NCBI GenBank assembly: GCA_937863565.1
Contig: CALMGJ010000028.1
Span: 40,802 to 104,801, forward strand
Origin: an uncultured bacterium
Lineage (GTDB): Bacteria; AUK180
Length of the DNA stretch: 64,000 bases
Reading direction: 5' to 3'
A program made the translations under genes and the position numbers. Below are positions 28,672 through 37,818 of this stretch, in pieces. Position 1 is the first letter of the stretch. The number at the start of each line of letters is the position of its first letter. The notes under the pieces were generated by a model, which ran no database searches, had not been told where the DNA came from, and was given only the letters and a program-made list of their open reading frames with translations.

Positions 28672-29733
28672 TTAAATACTCTCATTCACGCCCAAGGCAT
28701 TACGCAGTTCCGCGATCCTTTTTTCCAGTTCCGCGTCCTGAGGAAGCCCTTTTTCCTTCGCATAATGCAGAGCTTTCTTATAATCATCAAACGCGGCCAT
28801 TCTTCTTCCCAGGCAAAAATTAGCCTCACCCGAACCTACAAGGCAATTATACACGCCGGGCGGATAATTCAATTTCATACTCAATTCCAGGGCTTTACAG
28901 AAATATTTCAAAGCTCGGGCGGGCTGTCCCGTACGAATACAGCAGGAACCGAGATTCTGAAGACATGAAAAAGTCCCGAACAGGTTACGTGTAGGCTCTA
29001 TGAGCTTGTAGGCCTTTATAAGAAATCTTACCGCATCATCATGGCGTTGTGTATTTTTATAGATAACCCCGATATTATAGAGGCTATTCGCTATTCCGAT
29101 CGTGTACATGAGCCGCTCCGACATTTCAAGAGATCTTTTGAAATAGTTCAATGCTTCATCATAGTTCTTCTGCTGAAGATAATACATGCCCAATCCAACA
29201 ATGGTATGCGTTTTAACGGCCAGATCGTTCCCTCCGGAAGCGCTGTCATAGGCTTTTTTTATAAATTTGAACTGGCTCTCGGGTTCATTCTTTCTGTAGT
29301 AGAGATACGAGATCTCGGCACAGAGTTCGGAGATCGGTTCATTGAGTGCTTCCTTTATCTCAAGGGCCCGCATGAAATGATCCAGGGAATCGTCGTATCT
29401 CCCCGCATTGAAATATACTTTCCCGAGATAGAAGCAAGCGTTGCCTAACCAGCTTCGATTCCCTGTTTTCTCAGAAAGAACGGCTGCATCCCGTGCGTTT
29501 TTCTCTGCCTCCTCATGCCGGCCCATGATAATGAATATACTGCAATAGAGAAGATGCGCCCTGATTATGCGGAGATCGTCCTCGAGGCCGGTTACGGTCT
29601 TGTAATATTCATCAAGATCTGAGAGGGCTTCCATATTCTTCCCGATGAAATTATGCAGTTCATGCCTTTTATACAGGGCGGTCAGGTAAAGATTTTCGTA
29701 TGATTTGAGGTTTTTCAAGGATGCTTCCTTCAT
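28672..29733 (-). CDS. TPR-repeat protein
   Basis: TPR units. Confidence 0.8.
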   Translation of the reverse strand: MKEASLKNLKSYENLYLTALYKRHELHNFIGKNMEALSDLDEYYKTVTGLEDDLRIIRAHLLYCSIFIIMGRHEEAEKNARDAAVLSEKTGNRSWLGNACFYLGKVYFNAGRYDDSLDHFMRALEIKEALNEPISELCAEISYLYYRKNEPESQFKFIKKAYDSASGGNDLAVKTHTIVGLGMYYLQQKNYDEALNYFKRSLEMSERLMYTIGIANSLYNIGVIYKNTQRHDDAVRFLIKAYKLIEPTRNLFGTFSCLQNLGSCCIRTGQPARALKYFCKALELSMKLNYPPGVYNCLVGSGEANFCLGRRMAAFDDYKKALHYAKEKGLPQDAELEKRIAELRNALGVNESI

Positions 29734-29766
29734 ATATATCCGCTTTCTTAAGCGGATTTTGCGGCC

Positions 29767-30540
29767 TCAGTACACATAATTGGCCTCGGCAAAGATCCTG
29801 CTTATAATCTGCTCCATCGAATAGAGTCCTTTTGGTTTTCCGATAAGCCATTTGGCCGCAAATATAGCGCCCTGGCCGAAGGCCGAACGGTTAATGCTCT
29901 CGTGAACAAGGCGTATTGTCTGGTTTGGAAGGCCGAACACTATTTCATGTCTTCCCACCACGCCGCCGACGCGTATCGAGTTTATCTTTTTTGTTTCGTC
30001 GAGGCTGAGAGCTTTCGCGATCTTCTTGGCTGTCCCGGATATCTCCTCCTTCTCGCGGAAGTGCTCTTCGATTATCTCGATATCAGCGTGGGGCGCGATC
30101 TTCCTCAATAGCTGCGAAGCTATGAGCAGGAAATTGATCCCGAGAGTGATATTGGGAGAATAGAGCACGGCGGTCTTCCTCTTTAGCGCCATCAGCATCT
30201 CATAATCGTCCGTATCGTATTTTGATACTGCCGAGATCAGTTTAATTCCTTCATCAGCAGCTGCCTTATAAGACCTCACCGCGTGAGTACCGGCAAAATC
30301 CACTATGATGTCCACAGGATTCTTCTTATAGAAATCTTCACCTATATCATTGCGCGAAAAAATCTCCCCTTCATCCTTTTCATGGCCTAAAAGCCTGCTT
30401 GCATATTTATGGTGTTCGTTCTTGGTTCTCCTCACGACCCATTTTACGTCGAATATCGGGTCCTTTATGAATTCATTTACTACGAGTTTTCCGGTTCTTC
30501 CGAAACCGAACATTCCAACTGCGACCTTCTTCATGATCAC
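29767..30540 (-). CDS. DapB-family (4-hydroxy-tetrahydrodipicolinate reductase-like) oxidoreductase
   Basis: N-terminal GFGRTGK Rossmann loop; EEHFREKEEISGTA versus DapB consensus E.HH..K.DAPSGTA. Confidence 0.6.
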   Translation of the reverse strand: MIMKKVAVGMFGFGRTGKLVVNEFIKDPIFDVKWVVRRTKNEHHKYASRLLGHEKDEGEIFSRNDIGEDFYKKNPVDIIVDFAGTHAVRSYKAAADEGIKLISAVSKYDTDDYEMLMALKRKTAVLYSPNITLGINFLLIASQLLRKIAPHADIEIIEEHFREKEEISGTAKKIAKALSLDETKKINSIRVGGVVGRHEIVFGLPNQTIRLVHESINRSAFGQGAIFAAKWLIGKPKGLYSMEQIISRIFAEANYVY

Positions 30541-30579
30541 CTCCGTTCAAAACTTCCCAGCGTTCCGACTTTAATTAAA

Positions 30580-31923
30580 TCAGAATGCAGTGCAGACCGC
30601 TATACGAAAACCGTCCTTCAAAGGCATCATGGACAATGCCGGGAACGACTCGATCGAACCCGTATCCTTCGCTCTGTGGTTTATGAACGTATTCCGTACA
30701 AGAATCGTACTTACAGCGCCGGTAACAAGAGAGGCAGCGAAATAGATATATCCCTCCGTGGAATCCGAACCGAGCACATATGTCATTCCGGCCCCGATGA
30801 GAGAGCCTGTCGTACCTGCCAGCATTATTAGAAAACCCTCATTGCCCTTATAATGATCCTGTCCCCTGAGGAATTTATCGCCTAGTACAAGGCCGCCGAG
30901 TGTCAGGGGGATCGAGAGCACCGCGCATTCAGTAGGTTTTTCCCACCAGTCGAACATATCGATGAGGCATAAAGAGAGTTGTATCGCGAGAGTGCCTGAT
31001 GTGCGGATTATATAAGCATCTCCGGTCTCATAGTTACGCGCTCTTCCCCAGAAATATCCTGTTATCAGGTTGCCCGCGGAGATAATTGGCGCAAGCGCCA
31101 AATAACCCTTCGTTTTGCCGTAATCGTTCACCGGGTCCTTTTCTTCAAGTTCATACATCGCCGATAAACCTATTAATATCCCCCAGCCAAGACCGAAATC
31201 ACCCCAAACGCCCATGGATTCGGCTGTACCTGAGCTAATTTCGCGGGAGCGTGAAAGTGCATAAAGGCCGCCTGCAGAAACGATGCTCGTCATCAACATG
31301 TAAAAATTCAATTCGCTCCAATCGCTCTCCTCGACCTCCGCGTCCGTAAGAGCGCTCCCGAGCGTCCATCCCCAGGCTATGCCTCTTGTTCCACCGTAAG
31401 TGAAGAGTTTTGCGTCGGCCATATCGATATCCTTATTCCTTGAAAGGTAGAAAGGCAGAAAGAACCCTGTTCCTGAAGTGAGAAGATAAATCCCCATACC
31501 GAGCTTGAAATCGTCTACCTCGAGAGCGACAGGGAGGCTCCAGCCCCAGAAGGCAAGCGCGAGCGTGGATGAACCGTATATAAGAGCTCGACGGGAGGAG
31601 ATATCAGTATCCCCGTGACGGATGTTCTTGAGGACCGATATTTTATCTCTCAGTTCCCCTAATTCGTATTCGGATAGGATCTTTATTTTCCGGATAATGT
31701 CCGGGCCTATCCTGTACCTCAATTCGAGCGTATAAACATTCTCCGTTTCGAATATCTCACCTGAGATGAACTCCCCGGTATCGTGGAAAAGGCCCAGTTC
31801 TCTCTCAAGTTCTGGGCCGTATATTTGTATCCTTCCTTCTGCATCGAACGGTATCTGCCTGGAATCCGGGAAAGATAATGCCGATACCGTGAATATTAAA
31901 AGGATGAGAATGATTTTCTTCAT
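30580..31923 (-). CDS. hypothetical secreted polytopic membrane protein, Gly-rich TM region
   Basis: ATG at 31921-31923 with AAGGAGG RBS; signal peptide MKKIILILLIFTVSALS; repeated GxxxG-rich hydrophobic segments. Confidence 0.55.
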   Translation of the reverse strand: MKKIILILLIFTVSALSFPDSRQIPFDAEGRIQIYGPELERELGLFHDTGEFISGEIFETENVYTLELRYRIGPDIIRKIKILSEYELGELRDKISVLKNIRHGDTDISSRRALIYGSSTLALAFWGWSLPVALEVDDFKLGMGIYLLTSGTGFFLPFYLSRNKDIDMADAKLFTYGGTRGIAWGWTLGSALTDAEVEESDWSELNFYMLMTSIVSAGGLYALSRSREISSGTAESMGVWGDFGLGWGILIGLSAMYELEEKDPVNDYGKTKGYLALAPIISAGNLITGYFWGRARNYETGDAYIIRTSGTLAIQLSLCLIDMFDWWEKPTECAVLSIPLTLGGLVLGDKFLRGQDHYKGNEGFLIMLAGTTGSLIGAGMTYVLGSDSTEGYIYFAASLVTGAVSTILVRNTFINHRAKDTGSIESFPALSMMPLKDGFRIAVCTAF

Positions 31924-32018
31924 AAGGCCTCCTTGAATAATTATAGCAATTTTCGAGTACTCAGTCAAGATTATAACGGGGCGGTCTTCAGTGGAGCGCT
32001 GTGCCTTATTCTGTCCTT

Positions 32019-33128
32019 CTAGACTTTTTCTCGAGTCTTTCGAACGGCATTCTTCAATTGTTCGATATGTGCCGCGACCTCCGCGTATTCGCTGTGCAGG
32101 TTCATTTTCTTTGCCGTTGCAGCAGTATGTTCATATGCTCTCAGAGCCTCGGGGATCCTTTTCAAAGCCTTATATGCATCACCAAGACCCGCCGAACATT
32201 CGTATTCTCCCAGGTGATAACCGATCTCTATGCTCAAGACAAGCCCTTTCTTCAATATGCTTTCCGCTTTCCCCCAAGCGTTCATCTCGTTGTATGTGAG
32301 ACCCATGTTCGTAAGGTTCGTTACCTGGCTTCTTTTATCGCCTATCTCCGCATTTATGCGGCTCGCTCTGTCGAAAAAGGGTAGGGCGTTTTGGTATTCT
32401 TTCATGAGACGGTGGGCAAAACCGATCGCGTTCAGACACATGGCGCTTTTTGTTCTGTGGCCTATCTTGTCGTTTATTTCCAGGGAACCGTGCAGCAATT
32501 CCAAAGCATTTTCGTATTCGCCGAGATATAATTGGGCGATGCCCAGGTGGAGAAGTGCAAAGGCCTCCGTATACAAGTCATTGCTTTTCCGGGCGAGCAA
32601 AATGGATCTTTTAAGCGGCTCTTTTGCTTTTTCGGGTTTTTTCATGTGAATATACGTGAGCCCTCTGTTGCTGTACAACATCGGCACCTCTTTTTTCAGC
32701 GCTTTTTCTGCGCAAACCTCAATGGCTTTTTTATTATAGTAGAGAGCGCCTCTGGTCCTGCCCGTAAATGACATAAGATTCGCCATATTGTTGAAAAACA
32801 GGAAAAGGAGGTTCGGGCTGGGGTTCTTTAAAAGCGTTTTCCCGGCTTTTCTTAAATGCTTCTCCGCTTCCGCCATCCTGCCCATATCAAGATACATGAT
32901 ATTGCTCAAGACGATACTGCCCCAGGAGACAAGATCGCTTTCCTTCGATTCTACTGCGCATTCATGAAAATACCGCATGTCCTCCTCAGCCCTATCTTTC
33001 ATCCCTACTCTTCTGTACATCTCCATCCTTTCCCATAGTACGCTGAAAAAGAGCCTGCGAAGATCCATATTTTCAAGATAAGTCCTTATAGAAAGTCCCC
33101 TATTCTTACTTTTTTCCTGCTTTCTCAT
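32019..33128 (-). CDS. TPR-repeat protein, tandem paralog 3 of 3
   Basis: N-terminal LFFSVLWERMEMY shared with the next two genes. Confidence 0.8.
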   Translation of the reverse strand: MRKQEKSKNRGLSIRTYLENMDLRRLFFSVLWERMEMYRRVGMKDRAEEDMRYFHECAVESKESDLVSWGSIVLSNIMYLDMGRMAEAEKHLRKAGKTLLKNPSPNLLFLFFNNMANLMSFTGRTRGALYYNKKAIEVCAEKALKKEVPMLYSNRGLTYIHMKKPEKAKEPLKRSILLARKSNDLYTEAFALLHLGIAQLYLGEYENALELLHGSLEINDKIGHRTKSAMCLNAIGFAHRLMKEYQNALPFFDRASRINAEIGDKRSQVTNLTNMGLTYNEMNAWGKAESILKKGLVLSIEIGYHLGEYECSAGLGDAYKALKRIPEALRAYEHTAATAKKMNLHSEYAEVAAHIEQLKNAVRKTREKV

Positions 33129-34248
33129 TCTCTTTTATCTCCCTGATGCGCGCGGTTGCAATCTCAGGAAGCGGTAGGCCTTTCTTGCGGGCGAGGGCCG
33201 ATGCTTTATTAAAGAGTGCCATTGCTTTTTTCCCGCGTTCCTCGGCAGACGAAGGATTCTGGCCTTTTCGGGATTTATTTCTCATCGTCCAGTAGGCGTT
33301 CCCCAGAAGGCAATAACCGTCGATCAACAATGGTATGCTTGCTGCTTTACTGCATGCCCTAATGATTTCCTCTTCTATCTTTAACGCACTTAACGCGCGA
33401 TCAAGTTCAATAAATGAATTCCCGGCATTTATCAAATTTGTTGCCTGATCGTAGTAATTCAGTATTCCGGAATTGATGCGGTATGCCCGCATAAAATATG
33501 GAAGCGCTTTTTCATGCTCGTTCTTTAATTGATAGATATGCCCTATTATATTTAGGCACTGGGCGATCTTGCCGGCGTGCAGGATCTTCTCGTTGATCTC
33601 GAGGGATCTCTGCGCATATGCAAGGGCCCGTCCGTACCTGCCCGTTTTCAAGCCGGCGATGCTTAAATAGATCAGGGCAAAGGCTTCAATATAGAGGTCC
33701 TTCTTCGTTCTCGAAAGGGCAATGGCCTTTTCCAGGTATTCCTCCGCTTTGTCCGCATCATCCATCTGAAGACACAGTATGCCCATATTATTGTATAACA
33801 TGGGTATCTCTTCATCAAGCCCGCATTTCCTGCACACTTTGAGCGCTTTGAGATAAAAAGGCATAGCTTCTCTGAACCGTCCCGTATATCCCATTATATT
33901 TGCCAGATTATTGTAACAATGCCTGAGAAGCGCCCGGTCTCCTCCTCTACGCAGGATATCAAGCGCTTTGTGAATATATTTTTCGTATGCGCCGCAGTGT
34001 TCCATATCCATGTACATTCGGTTGCTTAGGATGATATAGCCCCAGGCCATATAAGTCCGATCGCCTGTCTTGAGGGCTTTTTCATAACAGAGATCAAGGT
34101 CTCTTTCGGCAAGTTCTCTTTGACCGGTCTTTCTGTAAAGTTCGCTTCTTTCCCACAATGCATCGTAGAACATCCTGTGAAATTCATTTCTTCCTGAATG
34201 CCCGGCTTCTTTTCCCAAAAGATCAAATGTTCTTTTTGTTCTTTTCAA
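33106..34248 (-). CDS. TPR-repeat protein, tandem paralog 2 of 3
   Basis: MFYDALWERSELY; PMLYNNMG; IEAFALIYL. Confidence 0.8.
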   Translation of the reverse strand: MKRTKRTFDLLGKEAGHSGRNEFHRMFYDALWERSELYRKTGQRELAERDLDLCYEKALKTGDRTYMAWGYIILSNRMYMDMEHCGAYEKYIHKALDILRRGGDRALLRHCYNNLANIMGYTGRFREAMPFYLKALKVCRKCGLDEEIPMLYNNMGILCLQMDDADKAEEYLEKAIALSRTKKDLYIEAFALIYLSIAGLKTGRYGRALAYAQRSLEINEKILHAGKIAQCLNIIGHIYQLKNEHEKALPYFMRAYRINSGILNYYDQATNLINAGNSFIELDRALSALKIEEEIIRACSKAASIPLLIDGYCLLGNAYWTMRNKSRKGQNPSSAEERGKKAMALFNKASALARKKGLPLPEIATARIREIKENEKAGKK

Positions 34249-35293
34249 TTTTCATCTCCGCAAGCCTTTCTTTTGCCTTGCCGGGATAAGGCAGGCTTTT
34301 ATGAAGATTCGATACCTTAAGCGCCTGCCGGTAATATGCGGCCGCTTTTTTACGGTCCTTCATCGCGCGGCAAGCCTCTCCCATGCCGTATAATGCCTGG
34401 ACCTTTCCCGCCGGGTCGCCTGTAACATCAGTTATTGCGCCGGCTTTCTTGAAATATTCAAAAGCGGGTCCGCTCTCGCCCAGAAGCAGATATACTTCGG
34501 CTATATTGAGAAGATTCGTACTCTGGCCGTAAAGATTTTGGTTATCAAGGTTCAAAGCATATGATCTTTTAAAATTATGAAGCGCTTTCCGGTATTTTCC
34601 CCTTGTTTTTAAGATGAACCCTAATGTATTGAGACACATTGGTATTTTCTGCAAGTACATGGCCTTTTCCGCGAGTTTCAACGATCTCAGGGCCTGCTCC
34701 TCGGCTTCCTTCATATTGCCCTGTTTTATTCTGATAATGGCAAGATGTATCCTGCTCCTTGTCTCAGAAAAGAGGTCTTTGATCTTTAAAGATGCTTGGA
34801 TGGCTTTCTGAATATATTCTTCCGCACAACTGATATCGTTCATATGAAGATGGAGAACGGCAATATTATTATAGAGTGTGGCTGCATCAGGCCCCGGGCC
34901 TTCCCGGGAATCGAGTATCTTCTTGAAGTATTGGAAAGCCTTCGAATGATCGCCGCGGAACCCGCAGATATTCCCCAGGCCGTTCCAGCATGTGAGTATC
35001 ACTTTACGGTATTCTTTCCTGGAAGCCAGCGAAAGCGCTTTCAACGTATACTCCTCCGCTTTTTTTACATTGCCGGCACGGAAATTCGTATTTCCAAGAC
35101 CAAGCAATCCCCAGGCCACCTTGGAATCATCGCCGTATTCTGCCGCTTTCTTGTGATATGAACTGATATCGTCCAAAGCGCGGTTATAAGCGCTGATAGC
35201 AGTATAAAGTTCCATTCTCTCCCATAATGCTTCAAAGAAGAGCTTTTGCGGATCATTCCTCTTCAATGACGGGGAGAGACTTTTTTCCTTCAT
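34223..35293 (-). CDS. TPR-repeat protein, tandem paralog 1 of 3
   Basis: LFFEALWERMELY; overlapping stop/start with paralog 2. Confidence 0.8.
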   Translation of the reverse strand: MKEKSLSPSLKRNDPQKLFFEALWERMELYTAISAYNRALDDISSYHKKAAEYGDDSKVAWGLLGLGNTNFRAGNVKKAEEYTLKALSLASRKEYRKVILTCWNGLGNICGFRGDHSKAFQYFKKILDSREGPGPDAATLYNNIAVLHLHMNDISCAEEYIQKAIQASLKIKDLFSETRSRIHLAIIRIKQGNMKEAEEQALRSLKLAEKAMYLQKIPMCLNTLGFILKTRGKYRKALHNFKRSYALNLDNQNLYGQSTNLLNIAEVYLLLGESGPAFEYFKKAGAITDVTGDPAGKVQALYGMGEACRAMKDRKKAAAYYRQALKVSNLHKSLPYPGKAKERLAEMKIEKNKKNI

Positions 35294-35383
35294 GATGTAT
35301 TTTATCCCTGAAAAGATAAAAAATCAAATCGCGGCAGGAATGGCCGCCCGGAAAAAAGGAGTGAGTTATGCTTTATGAAAAGA

Positions 35384-35590
35384 TTACGAGATGATGTATT
35401 TCTGCATTCTCTTCATTCTTCTGCGTCTTCTTCGTTCGGCCTTGGCTATCTTCTTTCTGATAGCGATCGAGGGCTTGTCGTAGTATCTCTTGTTCTTGAG
35501 AACGGACAGAATGCCTTCCTTGGCGATCTTTTTCTTGAGGATCAGAAGAGCTTTTTCAATGTTCGAGTCGTTAACCGTAACTCTAACCAT
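35384..35590 (-). CDS. rpsU: 30S ribosomal protein S21
   Basis: MVRVTVNDSNIEKALLILKKK...KRYYDKPS...RRRRR; 68 aa. Confidence 0.9.
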   Translation of the reverse strand: MVRVTVNDSNIEKALLILKKKIAKEGILSVLKNKRYYDKPSIAIRKKIAKAERRRRRRMKRMQKYIIS

Positions 35591-35639
35591 CTTTTATCAC
35601 CACCTTGTAAATAAAAATTATTTTACCCTGATTTTCATA

Positions 35640-36212
35640 TTAAATCAAGTTATTTTTGCAAATATCCTTGCCGATCCGATCCCGGTCGGACGGGTATTCC
35701 CGATCTCTTCTGCTGAAATGCTCATAAGTTTTATTGAATATGAAAGCATTTACAATACCTGTAAGAAGACCGAGAAGCAAGGCAAGGCCTAGGAGTTTTC
35801 CGTTGTATCTGATCCCGTATACAGTCCCCAGCACGATGAGCTGACCTGTATTATGGACCGTACCGCCTGCCGCGCTGATGCCGTATACCGAGAAAAAACC
35901 CGTTCGGTGAAGCGCGATCATGACGGATACGCTAAGAAGGGATCCGCAAAGTCCCATAAGGAACATCGGAGTGAAAAGCCTTCCGAGGACAAAGGAGCCA
36001 AAAACCGTTTTAAAAATTGAAATAAGGAATGCCTTTCTGCTTCCGAGCGCGAACAGGGCATAGATGACGACAATATTGGACACTCCGAGACGGAGGAAAG
36101 GGAAAACTTTCGGCAGCACTCCTTCGATGATGTTGATCAAAGAGGCCAATATGATGAAATACAGGGTCCGGAGGTCTTCCCGGTCTATATTGTAATCATC
36201 TGGAAACCGCAT
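35640..36212 (-). CDS. Gx transporter family membrane protein (heptaprenyl diphosphate synthase component I-like)
   Basis: polytopic membrane protein immediately downstream of, and overlapping, a NusG domain II protein, the usual pairing for this family. Confidence 0.6.
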   Translation of the reverse strand: MRFPDDYNIDREDLRTLYFIILASLINIIEGVLPKVFPFLRLGVSNIVVIYALFALGSRKAFLISIFKTVFGSFVLGRLFTPMFLMGLCGSLLSVSVMIALHRTGFFSVYGISAAGGTVHNTGQLIVLGTVYGIRYNGKLLGLALLLGLLTGIVNAFIFNKTYEHFSRRDREYPSDRDRIGKDICKNNLI

Positions 36213-36555
36213 CTACGACACCTCTGCCTATTACGATCTGAAATCTTGACGGTACGCAGATTATCTCCTCTCCTTTTCCGGAGATGAACCCCCTTTTTAC
36301 GCATAATTTATCGGGACAGGGGGAATCGTTCACTCTCACGGCACCGTCCTTCACCTCCACTATGATCGCGCTTCCTGAGGCAGGATAGGCGATGAGCCTG
36401 TTCTCCGAAAGATCGAGTTTTTCCATAAGTTTGCCTTTATAGTAGATCTCGGCATAACCTCCCCTGCCGCTATTTCGTGCTATCAGCCATAGCGAAGAGA
36501 ATGAGATAACGGCAATAAGGACTATGTCGGGGAAACGAATCCTTCTATGTGCCAA
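36196..36555 (-). CDS. NusG domain II-containing protein (DUF1312-like)
   Basis: N-terminal TM anchor; size and beta-rich composition; gene context with Gx transporter family protein. Confidence 0.55.
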   Translation of the reverse strand: MAHRRIRFPDIVLIAVISFSSLWLIARNSGRGGYAEIYYKGKLMEKLDLSENRLIAYPASGSAIIVEVKDGAVRVNDSPCPDKLCVKRGFISGKGEEIICVPSRFQIVIGRGVVDAVSR

Positions 36556-37801
36556 GGGTCCAGGAATTCAGATATTTCTTCTGTTCCGCGGTGAGAACAT
36601 CTATGTCCACTCCCATCGTTTTAAGTTTCAATTTTGCGATATTGATATCGATCGATTCGGGAATGACATAAACCTCTTTTTTGAATTTCTTGTGGTTTTT
36701 CCAAATATATTCCGCCGAAAGCGACTGGTTGGCAAAACTCATATCCATGACCATTGAAGGATGTCCTTCCGCGGCGGAAAGATTGACCAGACGTCCGTCG
36801 GCCAGAAGATTGATCCTTATTCCTTTCTTCATCACGAAAGTCTCAACGAAAGGCCTTGAAATGTAGGATTTCACGGATATCTGCTTCAGGACCTTTTTAT
36901 TGATCTCGGCATCGAAATGGCCTGAATTGCAGACGATAGCATTATCCTTCATCTTCATGAAATGGACCTTGTCGATGACATTGATATCGCCTGTGGCCGT
37001 AATGAACACATCCCCGAGAGGTGCGGCCTGCACCATCTTCATTACCTTGAACCCGTCCATAACGGCCTCGAGCGCTTTTATATAATCCACTTCGGTGATG
37101 ATGACATTGGCGCCCATTCCTCTTGCTTTGTTGGCGATGCCTCTCGAACACCATCCGTAACCGGCTATAACAACGGTCTGACCGGCAAGAAGGATATTCG
37201 TGGCCCTTAGAACGCCGTCCAGGGTGGACTGTCCCGTGCCGTACCTGTTGTCAAAAAGGTGTTTTGTCATAGCATCGTTCACCGCAATGATCGGGTATTT
37301 CAGTTTTTTCTCCTTTGCCATGGCTTTTAATCTTATCACGCCCGTTGTTGTTTCCTCCGTGCCGCCGAGCACATTGAAACTCCACTTTCTCTTCGGAGCA
37401 TGGTAAAGAGCGACAAGATCCGCGCCGTCATCCATCGTTATCTGGGGTTTCAGCGCAAGTATCGCTTCAAGATGCTTATAATACGTGGTATTGTTCTCGC
37501 CTTTCACGGCGAAAACGGGAATGCCATGGTCCTTGACCAATGAAGCAGCCACTTCATCCTGAGTCGAAAGAGGATTGGAGGCCGCAAGTCTCACATTCGC
37601 TCCGCCTGCTTTGAGAGCTATCATCAGATTGGCCGTTTCGGAAGTAACGTGCAGGCAGGCACCGATGCGCACGTTCTTTAGAGGTTTTTCCTTCAGGAAG
37701 CGTTCTTTCACCGTTCTCAGAACGGGCATATTCCTCTCGGCCCATTCGATCTTATCCTTACCGGCTTTAGCTAAAGCAATGTTCTTTACATCATGTTCCA
37801 T
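36545..37801 (-). CDS. ahcY: adenosylhomocysteinase (short form)
   Basis: [16 protein letters not shown]-binding GYGWCSRG; 418 aa. Confidence 0.92.
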   Translation of the reverse strand: MEHDVKNIALAKAGKDKIEWAERNMPVLRTVKERFLKEKPLKNVRIGACLHVTSETANLMIALKAGGANVRLAASNPLSTQDEVAASLVKDHGIPVFAVKGENNTTYYKHLEAILALKPQITMDDGADLVALYHAPKRKWSFNVLGGTEETTTGVIRLKAMAKEKKLKYPIIAVNDAMTKHLFDNRYGTGQSTLDGVLRATNILLAGQTVVIAGYGWCSRGIANKARGMGANVIITEVDYIKALEAVMDGFKVMKMVQAAPLGDVFITATGDINVIDKVHFMKMKDNAIVCNSGHFDAEINKKVLKQISVKSYISRPFVETFVMKKGIRINLLADGRLVNLSAAEGHPSMVMDMSFANQSLSAEYIWKNHKKFKKEVYVIPESIDINIAKLKLKTMGVDIDVLTAEQKKYLNSWTLGT

Positions 37802-37818
37802 TTTCTATCTCCTTATTA

